17,961 bases of DNA from Campylobacterota bacterium. Its GTDB lineage: Bacteria; Campylobacterota; Campylobacteria; Campylobacterales; Sulfurimonadaceae. A model generated the notes under the pieces. That model was not told the DNA's origin and searched no databases. It saw nothing but the letters and a program-made list of their open reading frames with translations. A program made the position numbers and the translations under genes. Location of the stretch: positions 1 through 17,961 of the forward strand of contig JAYEMF010000055.1 of assembly GCA_034717975.1 (NCBI GenBank). Reading direction: 5' to 3'. Below are positions 8,864 to 17,961 of the stretch, one piece after another. Position 1 is the stretch's first letter; every line of letters begins with the position of its first letter.

Positions 8864-9889
8864 ATGAAAACATATAATGTAGCGGTAGTCGGTGCCACTG
8901 GTGCCGTAGGTGAGGAGGTCCTCCGTATTTTTGAAGAGATCGATTTCCCGATGAACAAACTCGTTCCATTGGCGAGTGCACGTTCAGCCGGAAACAGCAT
9001 TGAGTTCAACGGCAAAGAGCTGGTAATCAAAGAGCTGACCGAGACTGTCTTTGACGAGGAGGAGATCGAGATAGCCATCTTCAGTGCCGGCGGTTCAATC
9101 TCTGCTAAATTTGCTCCGTTTGCAGCAAAAGCCGGTGCGGTAGTCATCGACAATACCAGCCACTTCCGTATGGATGAAGATGTACCGCTCGTCGTTCCCG
9201 AAGTCAACCCGGAAGATATCAGCCAGTGGCGTAAAAAAGGGGTTATTGCCAACCCCAACTGTTCGACCATTCAGATGGTTCAGGCACTCAAACCACTTGA
9301 CAATGCCTATGACCTTGTGCGTGTAGATGTCAGCACTTACCAGGCGACATCCGGTGCCGGCAAATCAGCGATGGAAGAGCTGGTCCAGCAGATGCAGGAC
9401 TTTTTTGCTTTTAAACTAAATGAATCTGAACACAAAAGCTTCCCGCACCAAATTGCCCTCAATCTCATTCCGCAGATCGACGTCTTTCTAGACAACGACT
9501 ACACGAAAGAGGAGATGAAGATGGTCAATGAGACCGACAAGATCCTGCACAAAGAGGTTGAACTCAGTGCCACCTGTGTACGCGTACCGGTACTGCGTGG
9601 CCACTCCGAATCATTGACACTCACCTTTGACAGTACCGTCGATGCCAACGAAGCGCGTGACATCCTCTCCAAAGCACCAAATATCATCATCCTCGATGAT
9701 CCGAAAGAGAGCGTCTACCCGATGCCGGCTGCCTGTGTCGATCAGAACGAGACCTTTGTCGGGCGTATCCGTAATGACCTCTATCGCGAGAACATGCTGC
9801 ACCTCTTTGTCGTAGCTGACAATCTTCGCGTCGGTGCAGCTACAAATGCTGTCAGAATTGCCCAGAAATGGGTCGAGATGGAGGGATAA
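8864..9889 (+). CDS. asd: aspartate-semialdehyde dehydrogenase
   Basis: VGATGAVG, ANPNCST, STYQATSGAG, CVRVPVLRGHS, DNLRVGAATNA. Confidence 0.98.
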   Translation: MKTYNVAVVGATGAVGEEVLRIFEEIDFPMNKLVPLASARSAGNSIEFNGKELVIKELTETVFDEEEIEIAIFSAGGSISAKFAPFAAKAGAVVIDNTSHFRMDEDVPLVVPEVNPEDISQWRKKGVIANPNCSTIQMVQALKPLDNAYDLVRVDVSTYQATSGAGKSAMEELVQQMQDFFAFKLNESEHKSFPHQIALNLIPQIDVFLDNDYTKEEMKMVNETDKILHKEVELSATCVRVPVLRGHSESLTLTFDSTVDANEARDILSKAPNIIILDDPKESVYPMPAACVDQNETFVGRIRNDLYRENMLHLFVVADNLRVGAATNAVRIAQKWVEMEG

Positions 9890-9890
9890 G

Positions 9891-9928
9891 CCGACTAAAG
9901 AGAGTACTGAATGTACGCTCTTTATCGG
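9891..9928 (+). repeat. intergenic hairpin with GAGAGTA-loop-TACGCTC core (copy 2)
   Basis: CCGAC TAAA GAGAGTA CTGAATG TACGCTC TTTA TCGG, directly after the asd stop. Confidence 0.7.
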
Positions 9929-9963
9929 ATAAAATCCTATAAAAATAGAGAGAAGGAATCTAT

Positions 9964-10476
9964 ATGGAAAAAATATTTGAAAGCAGCTTGTGGAGTTCAC
10001 GATTTATCATAATTCTGGCGGTCATCTTCGGCTTGATCGGTGCCGTCATACTTTTTATTGTTGCCAGTGTTGATGTCTTTGTTACTGCCAAGTATGTCAT
10101 AACAACCTACATCACCCATGCACACCCGGACAAGTTTCACGAAGATGTAGTCGGCGGGATCATCGGTGCGGTTGACCTCTACCTGATCGGTGTTGTGATG
10201 CTGCTCTTCTCCTTTGGACTCTATGAGCTATTTATTTCAGAGATTGATGCGGCCAAAGAGAATGATGAGGACGATCATCAGCTCTTGGCTATTCACTCCC
10301 TTGACCAGCTGAAAGACAAGATCTCAAAGGTTATCGTCATGGTGCTTGTCGTCGGCTTTTTCCAAAAGGTCGGTCAAACCGAATACACTGGTGCTTTAGA
10401 TATGCTCTATCTGGCTCTCTCTATTACCGCTGTTTCCCTAGGACTTTATTTCCTTGGCAAAGTCGGTAAAAAGTAA
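9964..10476 (+). CDS. YqhA/UPF0114 family membrane protein
   Basis: Four hydrophobic segments, LWSSRF, VDLYL, GLYELFIS, SLDQLKDKISKVIV. Confidence 0.88.
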   Translation: MEKIFESSLWSSRFIIILAVIFGLIGAVILFIVASVDVFVTAKYVITTYITHAHPDKFHEDVVGGIIGAVDLYLIGVVMLLFSFGLYELFISEIDAAKENDEDDHQLLAIHSLDQLKDKISKVIVMVLVVGFFQKVGQTEYTGALDMLYLALSITAVSLGLYFLGKVGKK

Positions 10477-10508
10477 TAATAACCAAGAAAACATTTTAAG
10501 GAATAGAT

Positions 10509-11549
10509 TTGAGTAAGATTTTCGTCGATGCCTGTTTTGGCAAACCAACACCCTACACCCCAGTCTGGATGATGCGTCAGGCAGGACGCTACCTTCCTGA
10601 ATACATGAAGGTCCGTGCCGAAGCCGGCAACTTCCTCAATCTTTGTCATGACCCTGAAAAAGCAGCTGAAGTGACCATCCAGCCACTTGATATTGTCGGC
10701 GTTGATGCTGCCATTCTTTTCAGTGACATCCTTGTTATCCCTGATGAGATGGGTATGGACCTGGAGTTCATCAAAGGCGAAGGTCCGAAGTTCAATGACC
10801 CTATTGCTACACAGGAGGATCTCGACAGACTTATTGGTGGGGACGAGGCAGCGAGCAAACTTACTTATGTATTTGACACCATTAAACTGCTAAGAGAACA
10901 GCTCGATGAGAGAGGTGACGAGATAGCACTTATCGGTTTTACCGGTGCACCTTGGACACTGGCTACCTACATGATAGAGGGACAAGGCACAAAGACCTAT
11001 AACATCTGTAAAAAACTGATGTACTCAAATCCTGAACTGCTGCATAACATTCTTGCCAAAGTGACTGAAGTCGTAAAGCTTTACATGGAGAAACAGATCC
11101 AAAGCGGCGTCGATGTCGTTCAGATATTCGACTCATGGGCAGCGGCGATCGAGCCTTCCAAGTATGATGAGTTCTCATGGAAATATATGGTCGAGATCGC
11201 CGAGTACCTTAAAGAGAAGTACCCGCACATCCCTGTCATCATGTTCCCTAAAGGCATTCCTGCATTTTTGGACAAGGTCTATGGCAATTTTGATGTATTT
11301 GGCGTCGATTGGAGTACCCCTATGGAGCTTGCCAAAGAGAAGCTGGGTGACAAGTATGTACTGCAAGGCAACATGGAGCCGACTCGTCTCTACTCCAAAG
11401 CGATGACGACTGAAGCTGTAGAGGCCATCCAAAAGACCATGGGCAGTTCACGTCACATCTTTAACCTGGGTCACGGGATACTGCCAGACGTTCCTGTCGA
11501 AAACGCCATACACTTTGTAAGTGAATGTCAAAGAGTGAGTAAAGTTTAA
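10509..11549 (+). CDS. hemE: uroporphyrinogen decarboxylase
   Basis: [47 protein letters not shown] start with AAGGA Shine-Dalgarno. Confidence 0.98.
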   Translation: MSKIFVDACFGKPTPYTPVWMMRQAGRYLPEYMKVRAEAGNFLNLCHDPEKAAEVTIQPLDIVGVDAAILFSDILVIPDEMGMDLEFIKGEGPKFNDPIATQEDLDRLIGGDEAASKLTYVFDTIKLLREQLDERGDEIALIGFTGAPWTLATYMIEGQGTKTYNICKKLMYSNPELLHNILAKVTEVVKLYMEKQIQSGVDVVQIFDSWAAAIEPSKYDEFSWKYMVEIAEYLKEKYPHIPVIMFPKGIPAFLDKVYGNFDVFGVDWSTPMELAKEKLGDKYVLQGNMEPTRLYSKAMTTEAVEAIQKTMGSSRHIFNLGHGILPDVPVENAIHFVSECQRVSKV

Positions 11550-11553
11550 TTAT

Positions 11554-11642
11554 GGGAAAGGGGAAAGAGGAAAGAGGAAAGAGGATAGCCTTAAATAGCA
11601 GTCATAACATTCCCCTTTACTCTTCCCTCTTCCCTCTTCCCA
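11554..11642. repeat. gene-less heptamer inverted-array element, purine/pyrimidine type
   Basis: GGGAAAG GGGAAAG AGGAAAG AGGAAAG AGGATAG (11554-11588) versus CATTCCC CTTTACT CTTCCCT CTTCCCT CTTCCCA (11608-11642). Confidence 0.88.
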
Positions 11643-11667
11643 ATTCAAAAAAGAAACTTTTTTGAAT
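11643..11667 (+). promoter_or_regulatory. perfect 11-bp hairpin covering the TTG start of the radical SAM gene
   Basis: attcaaaaaag-aaa-cttttttgaat. Confidence 0.7.
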
Positions 11668-12603
11668 ATAATTTTCGGCCCGGTGAACTCCCGCCGCTTC
11701 GGCGTATCACTGGGTATCGATCTCTCCCCTTCTCATAAACAGTGTAACTTTGACTGTCTCTACTGTGAGCTTGCCCCTGCGGCCACCGTCGATCATCAAA
11801 CGGATATTATCACTGTAGATGAAATCATCGATGCACTGAAAGCAGCACTCAAACAGCATGACAATATTGATGTCATCACGCTTACAGCCAATGGTGAGCC
11901 GACCCTTTACCCGTATCTTAATGAACTTATCGATGCCATCGGTCAGCTTAAAGGCAAAACGGAGACACTGATCCTCACCAACAGTGCTGCCCTTGTAGAT
12001 GAAAAAAGTTTTCATACCCTGCTCAAACTCGATCAGGTCAAACTCTCACTCGATGCAGTTACTCCCGATATCTTTAAAAAGATCGACCGGCCGCATCAGG
12101 GAGTAGACGTTGCAAAGATTGTAGAAGCCGTCGAAACCTTTTCAAAACAGTTCAACGGAAAACTCTTTATCGAAATTCTCTTTGTTCATGGGCTTAACGA
12201 TACCGCCGAAGAGATCAAAAAGCTCAATGATGCACTTTTGGATATTCTGACCACACGTATCGACCTTGGCACGATCGACCGTCCTCCGGCTTATCCGGTC
12301 CAGGGTGTTTCCTACAGTGAGCTACATGCCATCGCTATGCAGTTTGACACATCACTGCCCATTCATATTGCTTCACGCCAACACGCAGAGTCCTGTACTT
12401 CCAGCTACACTACTGAAGATATCATCAACACCCTTGACAAACGACCCCTTACACAAGAAGATATTGAACTGCTGTTTGACCAAGCAAGTAAAATGCGGTT
12501 AAACGAGCTATTGAAAACTGGTAAAATCATCCAACAAGAGACATCCGGTATCCAATTTTTCATCCCTTCAGATAATCTCAGGCGAAAACGACAAAAGTCT
12601 TGA
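11662..12603 (+). CDS. radical SAM protein of unknown function
   Basis: IFGPVNSRRFGVSLGIDL, CNFDCLYC (CxxxCxxC), ANGEPTLYP. Confidence 0.93.
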   Translation: MNIIFGPVNSRRFGVSLGIDLSPSHKQCNFDCLYCELAPAATVDHQTDIITVDEIIDALKAALKQHDNIDVITLTANGEPTLYPYLNELIDAIGQLKGKTETLILTNSAALVDEKSFHTLLKLDQVKLSLDAVTPDIFKKIDRPHQGVDVAKIVEAVETFSKQFNGKLFIEILFVHGLNDTAEEIKKLNDALLDILTTRIDLGTIDRPPAYPVQGVSYSELHAIAMQFDTSLPIHIASRQHAESCTSSYTTEDIINTLDKRPLTQEDIELLFDQASKMRLNELLKTGKIIQQETSGIQFFIPSDNLRRKRQKS

Positions 12604-12628
12604 CAAAAAAGCGTGCATTTCCTATAAT
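12600..12628 (+). promoter_or_regulatory. consensus sigma70 promoter of tRNA-Asn
   Basis: TTGACA (12600-12605), 17 nt, TATAAT (12623-12628), followed by a GC-rich discriminator-like segment. Confidence 0.9.
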
Positions 12629-12718
12629 TACGCCTGCCTTCGACGGTGCGAGCACAACGTCTACGGTTCCAAATCTAAAAAAGTAAAGCAGTTTACTTTT
12701 TCTTAACGCTTTTCACAT

Positions 12719-12793
12719 TCCGGATTAGCTCAGCGGTAGAGTAGGTGACTGTTAATCACTTGGTCACTGGTTCGAATCCAGTATCCGGAGCCA
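12719..12793 (+). tRNA. tRNA-Asn (GTT)
   Basis: 75 nt. Acceptor TCCGGAT/ATCCGGA, D arm GCTC..GAGT, anticodon GTT at 12751-12753, T loop GTTCGAATC, discriminator G and encoded CCA. Confidence 0.98.
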
Positions 12794-12889
12794 CTACCAA
12801 TCAACATTCAATCTCATCAAAAACAGACTATCACCTCTGATTAACACGCTTTTTGCTACACTTTTTTACTTACTTTGAAGGATCTCTGT

Positions 12890-13888
12890 TTGCGTATTGC
12901 CATCATCCGTTTAAGTGCATTGGGAGATATTGTCAATTCGGTCTTTGTCCTCTCCTTCATTAAAGAAAAATATCCAAATGCTACCATAGACTGGGTCTGT
13001 GAAGAGGCTTTCGCATCACTGCTTGAACGGCACCCGCTTGTAGACAACGTACATATTGTATCCATTAAGCGTGCAAAAAAAGAACGTTCGTTATCTTTGC
13101 TAATGCAGACTATCCGGAAATTAAAAACCCTTGGGTCTTACGATCATATCATCGACCTGCAAGGCTTGTTGAAATCAGCTTTGGCGGCAAGAGTGATCGG
13201 TAGCAACATTCATGGTTTTGACAGCGACAGTCTGCGGGAGGGTGTCGCTGCCAGGCTTTACAAGACGCACACCCATATCCCTTACCGGGAAAATGCCATG
13301 ATACGTACCGCCAAGATCATTTCCGATGCCTTGGATCTCGATATCACAGCCGATGCGATGCTCTCCAAACCGGCAGCCTTTGAGAAGGATACCCTCACAC
13401 CGGAACTGCGAGCTCTTTTCAGCCCGACAGAGAAAAATATTGTCTTTACGCTCGGTTCGAGCTGGCCATCGAAAGTGTATCCTAAAGAGCTGTTTTTGGA
13501 AGTGGCAAAACTGCTGGAAGCAACTATTATCCTGGTCTGGGGAAGCGAGGGGGAGTATCAAGATGCCGAGTTCATTGCCGCGTCCTGCGAAGAGTGCAAG
13601 GTCGCACCAAAACTTTCACTTTATGAGCTCATACAACTCATTACCCATGCTGACCTGCTCATCGGCAACGACAGCGGCCCAACCCATATGGCCTGGATGC
13701 AAAACCGCCCTTCCATCGCCCTCTTCGGCCCTACACCGGCCTATAAGATGATGTTCGAGACACCGATCAATCTCGCTATTGAGTCCGACTCCAAAATCGA
13801 TCCGCTCAAACTCAACCGCGAAGATGACTCCATCAAAACTATTCTTCCTGAAACCATTGTTGCCAAGGCTGAAATGCTACTGCGCTAA
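12890..13888 (+). CDS. waaC: lipopolysaccharide heptosyltransferase I (GT9)
   Basis: RIAIIRLSALGDIV, IDLQGLLKSA, GNDSGPTHMAW, LFGPT. TTG at 12890 is preferred over 12875 because AAGGA precedes it. Confidence 0.9.
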   Translation: MRIAIIRLSALGDIVNSVFVLSFIKEKYPNATIDWVCEEAFASLLERHPLVDNVHIVSIKRAKKERSLSLLMQTIRKLKTLGSYDHIIDLQGLLKSALAARVIGSNIHGFDSDSLREGVAARLYKTHTHIPYRENAMIRTAKIISDALDLDITADAMLSKPAAFEKDTLTPELRALFSPTEKNIVFTLGSSWPSKVYPKELFLEVAKLLEATIILVWGSEGEYQDAEFIAASCEECKVAPKLSLYELIQLITHADLLIGNDSGPTHMAWMQNRPSIALFGPTPAYKMMFETPINLAIESDSKIDPLKLNREDDSIKTILPETIVAKAEMLLR

Positions 13889-15586
13889 GCTACCTGACAA
13901 ACGCTGAAACTCTTCAGATCTATCCAACAACTCCTGATATGTCCCGCGTGCGACAATCCGACCCTCTTTAAAGACTAAAATCATATCGGCATGTTCGATC
14001 GTACTCAAACGGTGAGCAATCGTAATGGTGATCTTATCTTTCGTGTACTCATCCAACGCTTTTTGAATGCGTTTTTCACTCTCATTATCGAGTGCACTGG
14101 TTGCTTCATCGAGCAGCAGCAGTGAAGCATGTTTGTAGATCATCCGGGCAATGGCGATACGTTGACGCTGGCCTCCGGAAAGATTGGCGCCGAACTCCTC
14201 CATAATAGTCTGGATACCATCAGGCAGTGAGTTGACAAAGTTTATTGCATCAGCCAATTTCAGTGCTTCCGTGACACGTGCTTCATCTATTTCCTGACCA
14301 TATGCGACATTAGCCGCCAGTGAATCCTGAAAGATATAAACACGTTGAGATACCAATGCAATATGATTACGCAGTGAAGTCTGTGTATAGTCACTCAAAG
14401 AGGCGCCATTGATCAATACTTCTCCCTCTGATGGGTCATAAAAACGAAGCAGCAGATTGACCAGCGAACTTTTTCCGCCTCCACTGTCACCGACCAATGC
14501 AATATTCTGACCCTGCGTAATAGAGAGATCGATAGATTGCAATGCCTGTTTTTCACCATAATACAATGAAAGGCTTTTCATCTCAACAGAATAGATACCC
14601 TCAATTAACTCTTTCTTGCCGTCGACAATACGATTTTCACGGTCCAAAATATCAAAGATACGTTCACTCGCGGCAACAGCATCCTGAATCTTTCCATAGA
14701 TGGATCCAATACGGCGAACCGGTTGAAAGACCAATCCTACCGCGGTCAAAAAGGCTGTAAACTCTCCTACTGTCATCGTACCATCATAGACCTGCTGACC
14801 ACCGATGTAGATCACTGCCGCCAAGCCGATGGAAGCGATAATTTCAAGCAGTGGAGAGACCAGTTCATTCGTATAGACCGCTTTCATGTTGAGCTTGAAG
14901 AAGTGCCAGTTATCTTTACTGAAACGATTGAGTTCAAAACCTTCCGTAGCGTTGGCTTTAATAATCTCATTGTTATTAAAAACCTCCGTCAGACGGGTGA
15001 CGACATCAGCATTTTTCTCCTGAGATCGGTGCGAAAGTTTCTTCAGACGTTTTGCAATCAAAACCAGTGGATAGATCACGACAGGAAGGACGATAAGCGC
15101 ATAAAAAGCGAGTTCATGACTGAGATAGATGACATAAGCCACAAGGCCCACAACGGTTAAAATCTCTCTTAACAGTTCCGGAAGCATATTGGAGACAAAA
15201 TACTGTACCCGATTGATATCATTGGTAATGCGGGAGATCATCTCCCCGCTTCGATTGGCATAGACAAAGGCCATATCGAGATGAAGCATCTTATCCAGCA
15301 GTATTTCGCGCAGACGGGAAACTATATGAAGACCAATATAGTTCATGTAGACCGATTGCAGATAACGGCCAATAGATTTTGTGAAGTAGATTCCGATGAG
15401 CATCAATGGGATTAAGTAGAGCATTTTGGGATCTTTGGCAATGAACATATCATCCATCAATGGCTGCATAATATGGGCTGTCGCCGCTGTCGCACTGACC
15501 GTCAGTAAAATCCCGATAAATACAATGAGGTAATAGAGTTTATACTCTTTTAGATAAGGCAGATAGCGTTTAAAAGTCTTTTTCAT
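13877..15586 (-). CDS. msbA: lipid A export ABC transporter ATP-binding/permease
   Basis: N-terminal TM domain, Walker A GDSGGGKS, signature LSGGQRQR, LLDEATSALDNESE, IAHRLST. LPS cluster context. Confidence 0.88.
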   Translation of the reverse strand: MKKTFKRYLPYLKEYKLYYLIVFIGILLTVSATAATAHIMQPLMDDMFIAKDPKMLYLIPLMLIGIYFTKSIGRYLQSVYMNYIGLHIVSRLREILLDKMLHLDMAFVYANRSGEMISRITNDINRVQYFVSNMLPELLREILTVVGLVAYVIYLSHELAFYALIVLPVVIYPLVLIAKRLKKLSHRSQEKNADVVTRLTEVFNNNEIIKANATEGFELNRFSKDNWHFFKLNMKAVYTNELVSPLLEIIASIGLAAVIYIGGQQVYDGTMTVGEFTAFLTAVGLVFQPVRRIGSIYGKIQDAVAASERIFDILDRENRIVDGKKELIEGIYSVEMKSLSLYYGEKQALQSIDLSITQGQNIALVGDSGGGKSSLVNLLLRFYDPSEGEVLINGASLSDYTQTSLRNHIALVSQRVYIFQDSLAANVAYGQEIDEARVTEALKLADAINFVNSLPDGIQTIMEEFGANLSGGQRQRIAIARMIYKHASLLLLDEATSALDNESEKRIQKALDEYTKDKITITIAHRLSTIEHADMILVFKEGRIVARGTYQELLDRSEEFQRLSGSLAQ

Positions 15587-15704
15587 AATCGTATTATATT
15601 ACAGTAATTATTGCTAACATTAAGTTTCTTCCATAATTACCACTGTAGCGCCCTTAAGTTCGAATAATATATAATCTGAAAATAACTTTCCAATAGGATT
15701 TCTG

Positions 15705-16496
15705 TTGTCTTTACCAATATTAATTTCCAACCGCTTGAGTAAAATAATAGGAAATATCAGTAAGGCTTTATGCTATGCTTTCCATTTTTTCTTCCCAAAC
15801 AAGCGCTTTACCATCCCAGAATACAGTGCACCGATATTTCCTTCCAAAAAAACACCAAAGATTCCTAAAGTCATTTGGCAAACAAACTTCACCAACCGTG
15901 TCAGTCTGCCGGTCTATCTGAATTATCTGTTCAACCGTCTAATGTCCCTTAGCTATGAATACCGCTATGTCAGTACGGAAGCACGACTGGAATTCATTGA
16001 AGCCAACATGTCAGAAGAGATCACCAATGCCTTCAAAAAGCTGGTCAATGGCGCATCACAGGCAGATTTATGGCGGCTGATAGTTTTATATCATCATGGT
16101 GGCGTCTACATGGATATTGACGCGCATGCCGTGTGGCCTCTTTCCAAAATCATCAAACCTGAAGACAGTGAAGTGATACTTTATAATAAAGAGCACTACA
16201 CAAACTATTTTATGGCAAGTGCAAAAGGCAACCCCATTTTCAAAGAGATGATCGATCTCGTTGTTGACAACATTAACAATGAAAAAGTCGAAGGTGGCGT
16301 TTACAGTCTCACCGGGCCTGCAGCTTTAAACATAGCACTTGAAAACAAGGTGTTCAATGATCGATTTTATCGTTACACTTGTATTCAGGGCAGTTTTACC
16401 AATGAATACTTTCAGTATATTGACAAGCCAAGAGGGAAATGGACACATATGAAGAGTTCAGAACTTCTCAAAAAGAATGACGATGGCATGAAATAG
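15705..16496 (+). CDS. DXD glycosyltransferase (GT32, OCH1/SUR1-like)
   Basis: IPKVIWQT, ADLWRLIVLYHHGGVYMDID, LTGP. TTG start with AGGA. Confidence 0.88.
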   Translation: MSLPILISNRLSKIIGNISKALCYAFHFFFPNKRFTIPEYSAPIFPSKKTPKIPKVIWQTNFTNRVSLPVYLNYLFNRLMSLSYEYRYVSTEARLEFIEANMSEEITNAFKKLVNGASQADLWRLIVLYHHGGVYMDIDAHAVWPLSKIIKPEDSEVILYNKEHYTNYFMASAKGNPIFKEMIDLVVDNINNEKVEGGVYSLTGPAALNIALENKVFNDRFYRYTCIQGSFTNEYFQYIDKPRGKWTHMKSSELLKKNDDGMK

Positions 16497-16535
16497 TCAC
16501 TCAAAAAAACTCTTGGCAGAAATTAATTGGTGGAA

Positions 16536-16544
16536 TGTTAAAAT
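16536..16544 (+). promoter_or_regulatory. candidate extended -10 promoter
   Basis: TG-T-TAAAAT, 26 nt upstream of ATG 16571. Confidence 0.45.
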
Positions 16545-16570
16545 AACTAATCTATTTCCAAGGGATAGCA

Positions 16571-17506
16571 ATGCGAAAACGTATTTTAGTGACCGGCGGT
16601 GCCGGCTTTTTAGGATCCCACCTGTGTGAACGCCTGCTAAATGAAGGCAACGATGTCATCTGTGCCGACAACTTCTTTACCGGCGACAAAGCCAATATTG
16701 AGCATCTACTTGACAACCCTTACTTTGAACTGCTTCGTCATGATGTCACCTTCCCTCTCTACGTTGAAGTCGATGAGATCTATAATCTTGCCTGCCCTGC
16801 TTCCCCGCCGTATTACCAATTTGACCCCGTGCAGACAACTAAAACTTCCGTAATGGGAGCTATCAATATGCTGGGTCTAGCCAAACGCACCAAGGCAAAA
16901 ATTCTCCAGGCTTCAACATCTGAAGTCTATGGTGATCCGGAAGTTCATCCTCAGCCTGAAAGCTACAAAGGTTCAGTAAGTACCACAGGAATACGCGCCT
17001 GCTATGATGAGGGCAAACGGTGTGCCGAGACCCTCTTTTTTGATTACTATCGCCAGCATAATGTTGACATTAAAGTGATACGTATTTTCAATACTTACGG
17101 TCCAAGAATGAATCCTGATGACGGCCGAGTAGTATCCAATTTCATCGTTCAGGCATTAAAAGGTGAAGATATTACCATTTATGGTGACGGTATGCAGACC
17201 AGAAGTTTCTGTTATGTCAATGACTTGATTGAAGGTATGATCCGCCTTATGAACTCACGTGATGGATTTACCGGACCAGTCAACATCGGTAATCCGAATG
17301 AGTTCACCATGCTTGAACTGGCCGAAGCTGTAATTAAACTGACCGGATCAAACAGTAAACTTATTTATCAGCCTTTGCCGCAAGATGATCCTCTTCAACG
17401 TCAACCGGATATCGCACTCGCCAAAAAAGAGCTGGGATGGGAACCGACGATTCATCTCGAAGAGGGACTGAAAAAGACGATTGACTATTTTAAAACCGTC
17501 ATCTAA
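16571..17506 (+). CDS. UDP-glucuronic acid decarboxylase (UDP-xylose synthase family SDR)
   Basis: [58 protein letters not shown]. Confidence 0.93.
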   Translation: MRKRILVTGGAGFLGSHLCERLLNEGNDVICADNFFTGDKANIEHLLDNPYFELLRHDVTFPLYVEVDEIYNLACPASPPYYQFDPVQTTKTSVMGAINMLGLAKRTKAKILQASTSEVYGDPEVHPQPESYKGSVSTTGIRACYDEGKRCAETLFFDYYRQHNVDIKVIRIFNTYGPRMNPDDGRVVSNFIVQALKGEDITIYGDGMQTRSFCYVNDLIEGMIRLMNSRDGFTGPVNIGNPNEFTMLELAEAVIKLTGSNSKLIYQPLPQDDPLQRQPDIALAKKELGWEPTIHLEEGLKKTIDYFKTVI

Positions 17507-17961
17507 ATGCAAAAATCCCCTACAGCCGTCATCTGTCTCTCTCCCTATTCCGGAGGGATGGAGATAGACAGCATCAAGATGGCTGAAAAACTGGCACCAT
17601 ATTCCAAAACTGTCCTAATAGCCAAAACCGGCCATTTCATTGCCAATGAAGTTGCTTCCAAAAGAGATGACTTTTTCCTTGAAACCATCTCTTTCAACAG
17701 TAATCTCAGTCTTTCAATAATATTTGGCGCACGGAAAATCATTAAAAAATATGACATCAAAAATGTCATTTTCTTTGGGGCGTCCGAACTTAAATCACTC
17801 TATTTTTCCTTCTTGGGTTTGGATATCAACCTGATCATCCGCCATGGGACAACCAAGTCTACCCCAAAAAAAGATTGGTTTCATCGACTGATTTATTCAA
17901 AAGTAAATTATCATATAGCTATCTGCGAGCACCTTGCGAACAATGTGAAAGAAATTATTCC
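17507..17961 (+). CDS. glycosyltransferase, probable GT4 N-terminal domain (truncated by window end)
   Basis: ATG directly after the upstream TAA. Open frame MQKSPTAVICLSPYSGGMEIDSIKMA...IIRHGT...HIAICEHLANNVKE runs to the window end; GGxE-type N-terminus. Absent from the ORF track because it has no stop in the window. Confidence 0.8.
   Translation, partial: MQKSPTAVICLSPYSGGMEIDSIKMAEKLAPYSKTVLIAKTGHFIANEVASKRDDFFLETISFNSNLSLSIIFGARKIIKKYDIKNVIFFGASELKSLYFSFLGLDINLIIRHGTTKSTPKKDWFHRLIYSKVNYHIAICEHLANNVKEII

Noticed and set aside
7433..11642. Heptamer arrays as CRISPR or G-quadruplex
   Set aside because: There are no unique spacers between 23-47 bp repeats, no cas genes, and fewer than four GGG runs per arm.
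12719..12875. tRNA-Asn as an island integration site
   Set aside because: No integrase and no duplicated tRNA 3' end were seen in the window; housekeeping waaC follows directly.

Overview
Chromosomal window of a Campylobacterota (Epsilonproteobacteria) bacterium; a Sulfurovum/Sulfurimonas-like lineage is an inference from gene order and protein style. Left, minus strand: a nitrogen-uptake cluster amtB-glnK(PII)-amt followed by an AT-rich four-helix-bundle (23S-IVS/Avd-like) gene. Middle, plus strand: the conserved gyrA-flgP-flgQ-flgR-asd-yqhA-hemE-radical SAM run, then tRNA-Asn(GTT) with a perfect sigma70 promoter. Right: the start of an LPS/LOS cluster (waaC, msbA, GT32, UDP-GlcA decarboxylase, partial GT4). 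The most striking non-genic signal is a family of four intergenic elements built from inverted arrays of tandem 7-mers. One encloses the four-helix-bundle gene and three have no gene. Each is abutted on its right end by a short perfect hairpin on or next to the neighbouring gene's start or stop codon. Also seen: an identical 21-bp palindromic box upstream of both amt genes, a sigma54 promoter at the end of gyrA, and a GAGAGTA-loop-TACGCTC hairpin present at two unrelated gene junctions.
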